From: Candidatus Bathyarchaeia archaeon
GTDB lineage: Archaea; Thermoproteota; Bathyarchaeia; Bathyarchaeales; Bathycorpusculaceae
Direction: 5' to 3'
Assembly: GCA_050012755.1 (NCBI GenBank)
Contig: JBEKGO010000004.1
Coordinates: forward strand, 38,681-102,680
Length of the DNA: 64,000 nucleotides
Shown: positions 29,530 to 38,928 of the stretch, piece after piece
Numbering within the stretch: the stretch's first letter is position 1
Layout: every line of letters begins with the position of its first letter
Program-made: the position numbers and the translations under genes
Notes under the pieces: model-generated
Told to the model about the DNA's origin: nothing
Databases searched by the model: none
Seen by the model: only the letters and a program-made list of their open reading frames with translations

Positions 29530-29940
29530 TTAGGAACTGCGCAGTACAATCATCGTATTGGTCTTCACTATGCCTTCTACCATACGGATCTTCTCTATAC
29601 ACTCGTTTACTTCTGTCATGTTCATTCCGCTAATCACTACCACGATGTCGTACTCGCCGCTGACTTCATATGTAGTTTCTACGTCAGGGATTGCTTGGAT
29701 TTTTTTTGAGACTTCCTGTGTTGGATGAGCGGGGTTGGTTGCAAGCAAAGTTATGGCTTGGGCACCTTCTGCAACGGCAACTTTAACGGTGAATTTCTTT
29801 ATTACACCCTGGTCGCTTAATGTTTTGATTCTTTTCCGTACGGCGCCTTCCGATAAGCCTACTTTCATGCCTATTTTGCCGTAACCTGCTCTTGCATCAT
29901 CTTTTAGAAGTTTGATTATTTGCCTATCCACTTCATCCAT
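29530..29940 (-). CDS. lysM: Lrp/AsnC family regulator (LysM-like), divergent from the lysW cluster
   Basis: DEVDRQII..LKDDAR, LSEGAVRKRI, YEVSGEYDI; context. Confidence 0.85.
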   Translation of the reverse strand: MDEVDRQIIKLLKDDARAGYGKIGMKVGLSEGAVRKRIKTLSDQGVIKKFTVKVAVAEGAQAITLLATNPAHPTQEVSKKIQAIPDVETTYEVSGEYDIVVVISGMNMTEVNECIEKIRMVEGIVKTNTMIVLRSS

Positions 29941-30187
29941 TTTCTCATAGCCGAGTTGTTTGCTATCATTAAAGTTTAACGGTTTCCCTAATAAGCATTA
30001 TAGCGGAATTACGGTTTTCGTTGCAACTGCTTGTCTGTTTTACGTTTTCCACCATGGCAAGCCCTAAATTAGTGCACCAAATGGAACATTAGAAGTTTAA
30101 GTTGTAACAAATAAGTCGCAATGTTTAAATTAAGCTGGGAAATAATCAAAAAGACATTTCCTAAAACTGTAAAGTGACGAACAAAAA

Positions 30188-30394
30188 ATGATTAAACCAG
30201 CAATTTCAAACCCACAAAGTGTAAAGGCAAAATGCCCCGATTGTGACGCAGAGCTTGATGTTCCATCAGACACAGAAAAAGGAGAAATCCTAAGCTGCCC
30301 TGGATGCGGACTAGAACTTGAAGTTAAACAAGTTAAAGGCGGATGCGTGGACCTTCAAGAATTAACCATTGAGGGCGAAGACTGGGGCGAATAA
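30188..30394 (+). CDS. lysW: Amino-group carrier protein LysW/ArgW
   Basis: CPDC...CPGC zinc ribbon, C-terminal EDWGE. Confidence 0.97.
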   Translation: MIKPAISNPQSVKAKCPDCDAELDVPSDTEKGEILSCPGCGLELEVKQVKGGCVDLQELTIEGEDWGE

Positions 30395-30467
30395 AAAGTA
30401 TCTCTAACCAGCCTCCATAATTTTAACCAGTTTTTTGAACCAATTTTTTTAGTGGAGCCAAAAAGCG

Positions 30468-31652
30468 ATGAGCATTGCACTCTTATATGAGCGGTCTGAA
30501 AATGACGAAAACGGCATAAAACTCACCGCGCAGCAATTAGGCATTGACTTAACTTTTCTGCCCTTCAGAAAAATTGCACTATCAATTTCTAAAAACGGTT
30601 TTGATGCTAAAACCAAAGGCAAAGACTACACAGGCATAATCAATGACACGGCAGTTGTGCTTAATCGTGCTCAAAGCAAAAACCGTCGTCTCCAAGCTTC
30701 ATACATCATGGAGCAACTTGGCAAAAAAACGTTAAACAGCTCACAAATAGAGTTTGTCTGCTACAGCAAACTGCGCACATTGCTTAAACTGTGGAAAGAA
30801 GGCATACCGATTCCCAAAACAGTTTTTGTACCATGCGATTCAACTGACACTTTAAAGAATGGCCAAGTAATTCATAACGAAAAAGACATATCGGAACTAT
30901 TTCAACAAGAAATCCCAATCTCAGAAGGCATAGTGATTAAAGCTGATGCGGGAACCCATGGCAAAATGATTATGCTTGCAAAAAACGATGAAGAACTCAT
31001 CGCCAACATCCAAGAAACAAAGCCTTCAATAATCAATCCAGTTGGAGTAGTCGTCCAGGAACTGGTTCAAAAATGGTTCTACGATTTGAGAATAATTGTT
31101 CACAAAGAGAAAGGTAAACAGCCCTTTTGCTATCCAATTTCAATGGCGAGAGCCAGCTTTAAGGATTTTAGAACCAACACTTTCTTGGGCAATCTGGTTT
31201 TCGGTATAAAACTACCTAAAAGTATCCAGGACTTAGCAGTGAAATGTGGCAGAACCTTGGGGAAAGGGTGTGAAGCATGGATTTTCGCTCTGGACGCCAT
31301 GGTAAACGTTAAAGAAAACAAGCAGGTTGATGACGTTTACCTTAAAGATCAACTTGATAAGGCAGCCAAAGCTTTTGTGCCTGTTCAAAAGGTTAAGCAG
31401 GATGAAACTCGCTTAACAGATTTTCAAGGTTGGAACAGCAGACTGGAAAAAACGTTCAAGGGCTACGCAGACAGTGAAAATTACGAAAATATTAAAAAGA
31501 TAATTGAAGAAAGCGTAGAAAAAAATAAGAGCGAATTGATGTTTCATGAATCCAATTCCTGTCCCGAGTTCTGGGAGAACACTCGGCTTGCAACAGGCTA
31601 TAACGTGGCGATTCCACTCTTGAAGGGCGCGAAAAGCCTAATTGACCATTAG
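30468..31652 (+). CDS. lysX: Divergent LysX/ArgX (RimK-family ATP-grasp) ligase with large insertion
   Basis: VLNR, IPIPKT, VVQELV...DLRI, FRTN, ESNSCPEF; sits between lysW and lysY. Confidence 0.78.
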   Translation: MSIALLYERSENDENGIKLTAQQLGIDLTFLPFRKIALSISKNGFDAKTKGKDYTGIINDTAVVLNRAQSKNRRLQASYIMEQLGKKTLNSSQIEFVCYSKLRTLLKLWKEGIPIPKTVFVPCDSTDTLKNGQVIHNEKDISELFQQEIPISEGIVIKADAGTHGKMIMLAKNDEELIANIQETKPSIINPVGVVVQELVQKWFYDLRIIVHKEKGKQPFCYPISMARASFKDFRTNTFLGNLVFGIKLPKSIQDLAVKCGRTLGKGCEAWIFALDAMVNVKENKQVDDVYLKDQLDKAAKAFVPVQKVKQDETRLTDFQGWNSRLEKTFKGYADSENYENIKKIIEESVEKNKSELMFHESNSCPEFWENTRLATGYNVAIPLLKGAKSLIDH

Positions 31653-32727
31653 TCAAGAAGAGAAGGATACAAAAATGAGAATTGGAATAATTGGAGGTTC
31701 AGGATACGTTGGCAGCGAATTATTGCGTTTGCTGCTTATGCATCCGCAGGCAGAAGTAACCATGGTTACTTCGCGTCAGAGCGTAGGCGAATACGTCTTC
31801 AATGTACACCCAAACCTGCGAAGCATAACCCAGCTAAAATTCGTACCCCAAGACACGGCTGAAATGCAGAAAAACTGCGACTTAATCTTCACAGCCACAC
31901 CCCACGGTGGCTCACTAAACTTGGTTCCTAAACTTTTAGAGGCAGGCTTAAAAGTAATTGACATGAGTGCCGATTATCGCCTCAAGAATCCAGCCGACTA
32001 CGAAACTTACTATGGCTGGAAACATGCTCATCCAGAAATGTTAAAAGATGCTGTTTATGGTTTGCCAGAGCTTCATAGGGAAGAAATAAAAAATGCAAAG
32101 ATAATTGGTTGCCCTGGCTGTATGGCGACGTCCGCCATTTTGGGCTTAGCACCTATAGTGAAAGCTGGATTAGTCGATCAAAACAAAATCGTTGTAGATT
32201 TAAAGGTTGGGTCTTCCGGCGGAGGCGCCAAACCCTCACCATCATCACATCATCCTGAACGTTTCAGCGGAGTGCGACCCTACAAGCCTGTTGGGCACCG
32301 CCACATAGCCGAAGTAGAACAAGAACTAAACGCTTTAACCAGCGAGCCAGTAAAAATATCGTTTACTCCACACGCTGTAAACATGGTCCGAGGAATCCTC
32401 GCAACCATCCACACTTACCCTAAACAAAAGATAGAAAACAAGGACATATGGAGAGTGCTCCGCGGAATGTATGGTAATGAACCATTCATACGCTTAGTAA
32501 AATACCAAAAAGGACCTTACCAACTCCCTGACCCCAAAGTCACGCAGGGTACCAACTTCTGTGACGTTGGCTTCGAGATTGATGAGCATGCGAATCGGCT
32601 TTTGCTTTTCTCAGCCCTTGACAACATGGCCAAAGGTGCAGCAGGGCAAGCCGTGCAATGCATGAACATACAAATGGGCATAGACGAAACCACAGGCTTG
32701 AAAAGCACTGGTTTCCACCCGATGTGA
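31642..32727 (+). CDS. lysY: LysW-aminoadipyl/glutamyl-phosphate reductase (LysY/ArgC)
   Basis: GGSGYVG, ATPHG, YGLPE, PGC, GSSGGG, HRH, DNMAKGAAGQA. Confidence 0.94.
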   Translation: MTISQEEKDTKMRIGIIGGSGYVGSELLRLLLMHPQAEVTMVTSRQSVGEYVFNVHPNLRSITQLKFVPQDTAEMQKNCDLIFTATPHGGSLNLVPKLLEAGLKVIDMSADYRLKNPADYETYYGWKHAHPEMLKDAVYGLPELHREEIKNAKIIGCPGCMATSAILGLAPIVKAGLVDQNKIVVDLKVGSSGGGAKPSPSSHHPERFSGVRPYKPVGHRHIAEVEQELNALTSEPVKISFTPHAVNMVRGILATIHTYPKQKIENKDIWRVLRGMYGNEPFIRLVKYQKGPYQLPDPKVTQGTNFCDVGFEIDEHANRLLLFSALDNMAKGAAGQAVQCMNIQMGIDETTGLKSTGFHPM

Positions 32728-32732
32728 CCGCC

Positions 32733-33542
32733 ATGCTGCTTGTAATAAAGATGGGCGGAAGCATACTCAAAGAAGGCGCATCCCAAGATTTAATCGCCGA
32801 CCTAAAAGAAGTAGCCAAAACGAACAAAGTCATCCTGGTCCATGGAGGTGGCGTTGAAGTTACTGAAATCGCATCAAAGTTAGGTAAGGAACAAAAATTT
32901 ATAATTTCACCTGAAGGCTTCAGAAGCCGCTACACAGACAAAGAAACAATTGAAATTTACACCATGGTAATGGCTGGCAAAATTAATAAGCAAATTGTAT
33001 TAGCGCTGCAAACTCAAGGCATATCTGCCGTTGGCATAACGGGTTTAGATGCAGCAACATTGCAGGGAAACCGGAAAACCAGACTAATTCACGTTGATGA
33101 GCGCGGCAGAAAAAAAGTTATTGACGGCGGATATACTGGAAAAATCACCCAAGTCAACGCTGGTTTGCTTAATCTTTTGCTTGAGAAGGGCTATGTGCCG
33201 ATTGTGACGCCTATTGCGCTAAGCCAAGATTATGAACCGCTCAACGTAGACGGTGACCGAACAGCGGCTATAATCGCGGGTGCCCTGAAAGCCGACCGCT
33301 TAATCTTGCTCACTGATGTTCCTGGTTTGATGCTTAAAGGCGAATGTGTTCCAAGAATTAGTGCAACAGAAGTCAAAGAAGTGAGTTCAAGCATCGGGTC
33401 GGGTATGAGCACCAAAGTTCATGCTGCCTTGGAAGCGTTAAATCGGGGCGTCAATGAAGTTCTAGTTACCGCGGGCACAGGAAATCAGCCCATTACTTCA
33501 GCGTTGAATCATAAAGTTGGTACAGTGATAACCGGTGAATGA
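32733..33542 (+). CDS. lysZ: LysW-aminoadipate/glutamate kinase (LysZ/ArgB)
   Basis: VIKMGGS, VHGGG, SRYTD, LNVDGDR; start set at ATG 32733. Confidence 0.93.
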   Translation: MLLVIKMGGSILKEGASQDLIADLKEVAKTNKVILVHGGGVEVTEIASKLGKEQKFIISPEGFRSRYTDKETIEIYTMVMAGKINKQIVLALQTQGISAVGITGLDAATLQGNRKTRLIHVDERGRKKVIDGGYTGKITQVNAGLLNLLLEKGYVPIVTPIALSQDYEPLNVDGDRTAAIIAGALKADRLILLTDVPGLMLKGECVPRISATEVKEVSSSIGSGMSTKVHAALEALNRGVNEVLVTAGTGNQPITSALNHKVGTVITGE

Positions 33543-34746
33543 CAAAGAAATTATGGATATTGAAAATCGTTACTTAGCTAATGTTTTCAGCAAGAAACCA
33601 ATCGTACTCACACAAGGTAAAGGCGCGCTTGTTTGGGATATAAACGGCAAAGAATATGTTGATTGCTCAACCAGCTACGGCGTCGCTTTGCTGGGACATT
33701 GTCATCCAAAGGTTGTTGCCGCGGTCCAAACTCAAGCCGAGCAGCTGATAACCTGTCACAGTTGCTATTACAATGATAAACGAGCAGAATTCATACAAAA
33801 ACTGGTCAAGATAACACCGAAAGGCTTAGACAAAGCGTTTCTTTCAAACAGCGGTGCCGAATCAGTTGAATGCGCCATTAAGCTTGCGCGCAAATTCACG
33901 GGCAAACCAGAAATTATCGCGTTAATGGGTGCTTTTCACGGCAAAACGATGGGAGCATTATCCGCAACGTGGGACAAGAAATATCGTGATCCTTTCATGC
34001 CATTGGTTCCGGAGATTAAACATGTGGCGCCCGACAACGCCGACAAAATTCGTGAAGCAATAACTGAGAAGACAGCCGCCGTTCTGATGGAGCCAATCCG
34101 CGGTGAAGGCGGAATACGTGTTCCCCCAGATGGTTACTTGCAGGCTGTTCGGCAAATCTGTGATGAAAAAAATGTCTTGCTGATCTTTGATGAGGTGCAA
34201 ACAAGTTTTGGACGCACAGGCAAACTGTTCGGTTGCCAAAATTGGGATGTTGTGCCTGATATCATGTGCCTAGCAAAGCCTTTTGCAGGTGGCTTACCAA
34301 TCGGGATAACAGTCGCTAAAGAAAACATTATGGCATCATTCAAAATCGGTGAACATTCAACCACTTTCAGTGGAAACCCACTGGTTTGCGCCGCTGGATG
34401 TGCCGCATTAGATGCACTAATAGAAGAAAACCTGACTGAGCATGCAGCGGAGATGGGGAAATACTTTAAGACAGGTTTGGAAGCTTTAATGTCTAAGCAT
34501 AAAATCGTCAAAGAAGTCCGCGGTTTAGGCTTAATGCTTGGCATGGAACTACGCTTTGACGTTCACAACACAATTCAAAAAGCTGCAGATCGAGGCGTGC
34601 TGGTTTTGGATGCCGGAAGAACCGTAGTTCGACTACTGCCTCCGCTTGTGATCAACAAAAAACAAATCGATCGTGCAATAAACGTTCTGGATGAAGTTTT
34701 GGGAGAAGAGGAAAATGAGCGAGCAAGCAGTACGGTTCCTAACTAA
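33535..34746 (+). CDS. lysJ: LysW-semialdehyde aminotransferase (LysJ/ArgD)
   Basis: NSGAES, FHGKTMG, EPIRGEGG, DEVQTSFGRTG. Confidence 0.93.
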   Translation: MNDKEIMDIENRYLANVFSKKPIVLTQGKGALVWDINGKEYVDCSTSYGVALLGHCHPKVVAAVQTQAEQLITCHSCYYNDKRAEFIQKLVKITPKGLDKAFLSNSGAESVECAIKLARKFTGKPEIIALMGAFHGKTMGALSATWDKKYRDPFMPLVPEIKHVAPDNADKIREAITEKTAAVLMEPIRGEGGIRVPPDGYLQAVRQICDEKNVLLIFDEVQTSFGRTGKLFGCQNWDVVPDIMCLAKPFAGGLPIGITVAKENIMASFKIGEHSTTFSGNPLVCAAGCAALDALIEENLTEHAAEMGKYFKTGLEALMSKHKIVKEVRGLGLMLGMELRFDVHNTIQKAADRGVLVLDAGRTVVRLLPPLVINKKQIDRAINVLDEVLGEEENERASSTVPN

Positions 34747-35848
34747 CCTTCTAGGCATTTACAGTCCTTCAGGAAAAGAAGAAGACGCAGCCAACTACCT
34801 AGAATATGAAATGAAAAAGATGGGTTTTGAAGTTGGCAAAGACGACATCGGAAACGTCATAGGAGTCGTTGGCGAAGGCGAACCGGTCATCCTTCTGTGC
34901 GGTCATATGGATACGGTAGCTGGGCACTTACCTCTTCGGATTGAAGAAGGCAAAATCTATGCTAGAGGAGCTGTCGATGCAAAGGGCCCCCTTGCTGCCA
35001 TGATTATAGCTGCAGTCGCAGCAGCTAAAGAGCCAGCATTCAAAGGCAAAATCTTGGTTGCCAGCGTAGTGGAAGAAGAAGCGACCAGCCGCGGCGTCAA
35101 ACACCTCATCACTCAAGGAATAAAAGCTGACTACGCCATTTTCGCCGAACCCAGCGGCGTCGAAAACATAACCGTCGGCTACAAAGGTCAAATACAACTT
35201 AAAATTACGCTAAAAACAGAGACAGGGCATTCCTCTACTCCTTGGATGTATGATAATGCATTAGAGAAAGCATATGAGCTTTGGGAACAAATCAAAAACG
35301 CTTCTTCGTATCCCTCGTTGGATCCCTCAGCAAGCCCATACAACGCTGTCACAGCCTGTTTAGTCAAAGTAGCAGGTGGCAGAGCCACCTCAGTTGTTCC
35401 CTTTGAAGTTGAAATGAACCTTGACGTTCGAGTGCCAATACAATTTAGCACCGCTCAGGTTTTTGAACAAATAGAGAAAATAATTACAAAGTATCAAGCT
35501 GCCAACCAAAAAGTATCAGTGAAAGCGGCTGTTCAAGATACAGTTGAGCCATTCGAAGTTAACAAGACTTCACCAATAGTACATATTCTTTCTTCGTCTG
35601 TTAGAAAAGTGCTAGACAAACCCGCGACGCTTCTACATAAAACCGGGACCGGTGACATGAACATTCTTGGCAAAGCCATGAACCTGCCCATAGTTACTTA
35701 CGGTCCAGGAGATTCACACTTAGACCACAGACTCGACGAACACATTGAGATAAGCGAATACTTGAGTGCAATTCAGGTCTACAAAGAAACACTTCTCAAA
35801 CTATCTGAACTGCATAAAAGCAAGAATGGAAACCAACAGACAAGTTGA
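34715..35848 (+). CDS. lysK: LysW-lysine/ornithine hydrolase (LysK/ArgE, M20 family)
   Basis: SPSGKE, GHMDTV, GAVDAKGP, VEEE, TGTGDMN, YGPGDSHLDH. Confidence 0.93.
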   Translation: MSEQAVRFLTNLLGIYSPSGKEEDAANYLEYEMKKMGFEVGKDDIGNVIGVVGEGEPVILLCGHMDTVAGHLPLRIEEGKIYARGAVDAKGPLAAMIIAAVAAAKEPAFKGKILVASVVEEEATSRGVKHLITQGIKADYAIFAEPSGVENITVGYKGQIQLKITLKTETGHSSTPWMYDNALEKAYELWEQIKNASSYPSLDPSASPYNAVTACLVKVAGGRATSVVPFEVEMNLDVRVPIQFSTAQVFEQIEKIITKYQAANQKVSVKAAVQDTVEPFEVNKTSPIVHILSSSVRKVLDKPATLLHKTGTGDMNILGKAMNLPIVTYGPGDSHLDHRLDEHIEISEYLSAIQVYKETLLKLSELHKSKNGNQQTS

Positions 35849-35961
35849 TTAACGTTTTCTCTCCTATTACTAAACATTCGGATCTATGCCTAACATTTTA
35901 GGGCACTAAACATTTTTTCGCAAGACAATGATTAATCGATTCTTTGCTTTATGCTTTAAAT

Positions 35962-36447
35962 TTAGTCTTTTTGTAGCAGTTCGTTAATGTCTTTTATGAC
36001 TTCGTCAAACACTGTTGCCGTTGCCTTTTCAGGGGTTGCAGATTTTTGTATTGCATCGTGAACTGCGACCATACTTTTGATGTTGCTTAATTTTGCGTTC
36101 GGCTTGGATTGCTCTTTGTTCGGAATTGGCTGCGGTTTGTGTTGCTGCTTTAATTTGTGTTTGAGCTTGAGCGCTGCTTTGACCATAGAAATAGAAAGCA
36201 ACGATTGTCGTGATCCAACCGCTAAATATTGCAGCTAACTGGGTTGTTTGCGTGTACTGAGCTTGTGCAACTGAAATTACAAGTATGATTAGCATTCCCA
36301 CGATAAGAGCCAACGCAATATAGAATCTTGATCCATAACTGTCAGTTACATCCTTCTCCGTTGTTGGCTTTGGAGTGTTGTTGGTTTGTGGGTATTAGGG
36401 TTTGGTGTGGGTGTTGTTTGGGTAATTATTTCAATTTTCCTCAGCAT
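35962..36447 (-). pseudogene. Frameshifted two-TM / coiled-coil protein gene (two opposite single-base indels)
   Basis: A continuous protein is rebuilt by adding one base in the run at 36390-36392 and removing one in the run at 36091-36094; could be sequencing error. Confidence 0.55.
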
Positions 36448-36646
36448 CTGATGTCTTGATATAGTTTAAGAAGTTTGGGGCTATTTTTTTAATTTAATGA
36501 GCAAAATAAATTCATTCTCAAAAGATGCTTAGTTTTGCTAACAAGAAAAAGGAAGATGCCATCCTTAGTATCCCGAAACCGGGGTTTTGCGCGATAAACT
36601 TTTTATCGCACGCTACACACACCCAATAAAATTCTAGTGAAAAATC

Positions 36647-38326
36647 TTGGTTGAGTATAAGTGGGTTGCGCTTTCGAATACAACGCTTGGCATGTTGATG
36701 GCTTCAATAGACAGTACCATAGTTACGATTGCGTTACCCGCTATCTTTCGTGGAATCAATATTGATCCTTTCTCGTCTTTCCAATATATGCTATGGATAC
36801 TATTCGGGTACAGCATTGTTACAGCCACATTGCTTGTTACTTTCGGCAGACTCTCCGACATGTTTGGACGAGTGAAGCTCTACAACCTAGGATTCGCCAT
36901 TTTCACAGTTGGCTCGATACTGCTTTCAATAACCCCTAATCAAGGCGACGCAGGTGCAATTGAGTTAATAGTTTTCAGAATAGTTCAGGGAATCGGTGGT
37001 GCATTCCTCTTTGCAAATAGCGCTGCAATAATAACTGATGCCTTCCCAAGCAATGAACGGGGAAAAGCACTTGGAATAAACCAAATAGCTTTCCTAGCAG
37101 GCTCTTTAATTGGTCTAGTTCTGGGAGGAATTTTAGCGATTATTAATTGGAGGCTGGTGTTTTTGGTAAGTGTCCCAGTCGGCGTAGCAGGCACAGTTTG
37201 GTCATACTTAAAACTGAAAGAGCAATGCCCTATCAAGAAAAACCAAAAACTGGATATTTGGGGCAACATCGCTTTTGGCGGTGGCTTAACATTAGTTTTG
37301 GCAGGTTTTATTTACGGTTTGATACCGTACGGAAACTCTGCTATGGGCTGGAGTAATCCATGGGTCGTTGCTGCCCTTGTCTCTGGTGTGAGTCTTCTTG
37401 TCGCTTTTCCATTTATCGAGACCCATGTTGAAGAGCCGATGTTTAAGCTTGATCTTTTTAAGATAAGAGCGTTTAGTGCCGGTAACCTTGCTTCATTTTT
37501 CAGTTCCATGTCAAGAGGTGGTGTCATAATTATGCTCATAATATTACTTCAGGGAATTTGGCTTCCTCTCCACGGCTACAGCTTTGATTCGACGCCGTTT
37601 TGGGCTGGAGTTTTTATGATTCCTATGACTATCGGTTTTGTCTTAACGGGGCCAATAAGTGGCTGGCTCTCTGACAAACATGGCGCAAGGTTGCTTGCTA
37701 CTTTGGGCATGGTGATTTCTGCTGTTTCTTTCATAGGGTTTGTTTTGCTTCCAGTCAATTTCATTTACTTAGCATTTGGCGTTGTGCTTTTTGTGATGGG
37801 AATTGGCAATGGAGTTTTTGCTTCTCCTAACATGGCATCAATAATGAATTCTGTTCCTCCGGAATGTAGAGGTGCTGCATCTGGGATGCGTGCGACTATA
37901 CAAAATAGTGCAATGATGATAAGTCAAGCTGTATTTTTCACAATTATAATAGTTTCGCTTAGCGCAACTCTTCCAGGTGCACTTTCAGCGGCAGTTACCA
38001 GCGCTGGTGCATCTCATCAGCTTGCACAGATTTTCAGTTCAACACCTGCTTCGGGGGCTCTATTCGGAGCGTTTCTAGGCTACAACCCAGTCGCAACGAT
38101 ACTTCATACCCTTCCTGCTTCATTAGTAAGTTCTATACCCTCATCAACGATGAATTATCTCACAGGATCGACCTTCTTCCCAAACGCTATTTCAGTTCCA
38201 TTCATGACAGCCCTAAGAGAAGCATTCGTCATTGGTGCAATAATGTGCATTATAGCCGCGGTATGCTCAGCATTCAGAGGCGGAAAATATGTACATGAAC
38301 AACCAAAACCCGTGGAAAAGGCATAG
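36647..38326 (+). CDS. MFS transporter, DHA2 (14-TM) family
   Basis: DSTIVTIALP, GRLSDMFGR, RIVQGIGG, ERGKALG. Confidence 0.93.
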   Translation: MVEYKWVALSNTTLGMLMASIDSTIVTIALPAIFRGINIDPFSSFQYMLWILFGYSIVTATLLVTFGRLSDMFGRVKLYNLGFAIFTVGSILLSITPNQGDAGAIELIVFRIVQGIGGAFLFANSAAIITDAFPSNERGKALGINQIAFLAGSLIGLVLGGILAIINWRLVFLVSVPVGVAGTVWSYLKLKEQCPIKKNQKLDIWGNIAFGGGLTLVLAGFIYGLIPYGNSAMGWSNPWVVAALVSGVSLLVAFPFIETHVEEPMFKLDLFKIRAFSAGNLASFFSSMSRGGVIIMLIILLQGIWLPLHGYSFDSTPFWAGVFMIPMTIGFVLTGPISGWLSDKHGARLLATLGMVISAVSFIGFVLLPVNFIYLAFGVVLFVMGIGNGVFASPNMASIMNSVPPECRGAASGMRATIQNSAMMISQAVFFTIIIVSLSATLPGALSAAVTSAGASHQLAQIFSSTPASGALFGAFLGYNPVATILHTLPASLVSSIPSSTMNYLTGSTFFPNAISVPFMTALREAFVIGAIMCIIAAVCSAFRGGKYVHEQPKPVEKA

Positions 38327-38395
38327 GGACCTTGCCATATCGTTTAATGCCTGACCTAAAAATCTTTTTTAGGTTGGTTTTTCTTAAGAGAGCTT

Positions 38396-38830
38396 ATGCC
38401 ATCAGTGAAAGATATCATGACTAAGGATGTTGTTTCAATAGGTGTTGATGATACCGTTTTTGATGCAGCTGAGCACATGAGTTCCAACCAGTTGGGCTGT
38501 TTAGTTGTCATGGATGACGAAGTGCCTGTTGGAATAATTACTGAAAGAGATATAGTTAGAAGGGTTTGCGCGAAAAAACTGCCTGGGGAAACCAAAGTTT
38601 CGGAAATTATGTCTAAGTCTCTTATCACGATTGATCCTGATGCTTCGCTTAAAGAGGCTGCAAGGGTGATGTCAAGTAATAAGATTAGGAGACTTCCAGT
38701 TTTGAAGCAGAACAAGTTAGTTGGGATAATTGTTGCTTCCGATTTTGTGCGAAATCTTGGAAAAAAGTCGGTTTCCGAAGAAATATTGGAAGCTATGGGC
38801 CGTTACCCTTCCTCCGCTTCTCCGTTATGA
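38396..38830 (+). CDS. CBS-pair protein
   Basis: VKDIMT, GIITERD, IRRLPV. Confidence 0.93.
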   Translation: MPSVKDIMTKDVVSIGVDDTVFDAAEHMSSNQLGCLVVMDDEVPVGIITERDIVRRVCAKKLPGETKVSEIMSKSLITIDPDASLKEAARVMSSNKIRRLPVLKQNKLVGIIVASDFVRNLGKKSVSEEILEAMGRYPSSASPL

Positions 38831-38928
38831 TACTTAGTGTTGATAGAAATCAACATCCGATTCGTAATTTTGCGCAGAAAGTTACTGCAAAGCTTTTAGT
38901 CTACTTGTGAATGTCGAAGCTTGGCTTA

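Noticed and set aside
32658-32732. N-terminal extension of lysZ (similarly lysK 34691-34714)
   Set aside because: Overlaps the upstream gene; family alignment begins at the downstream ATG
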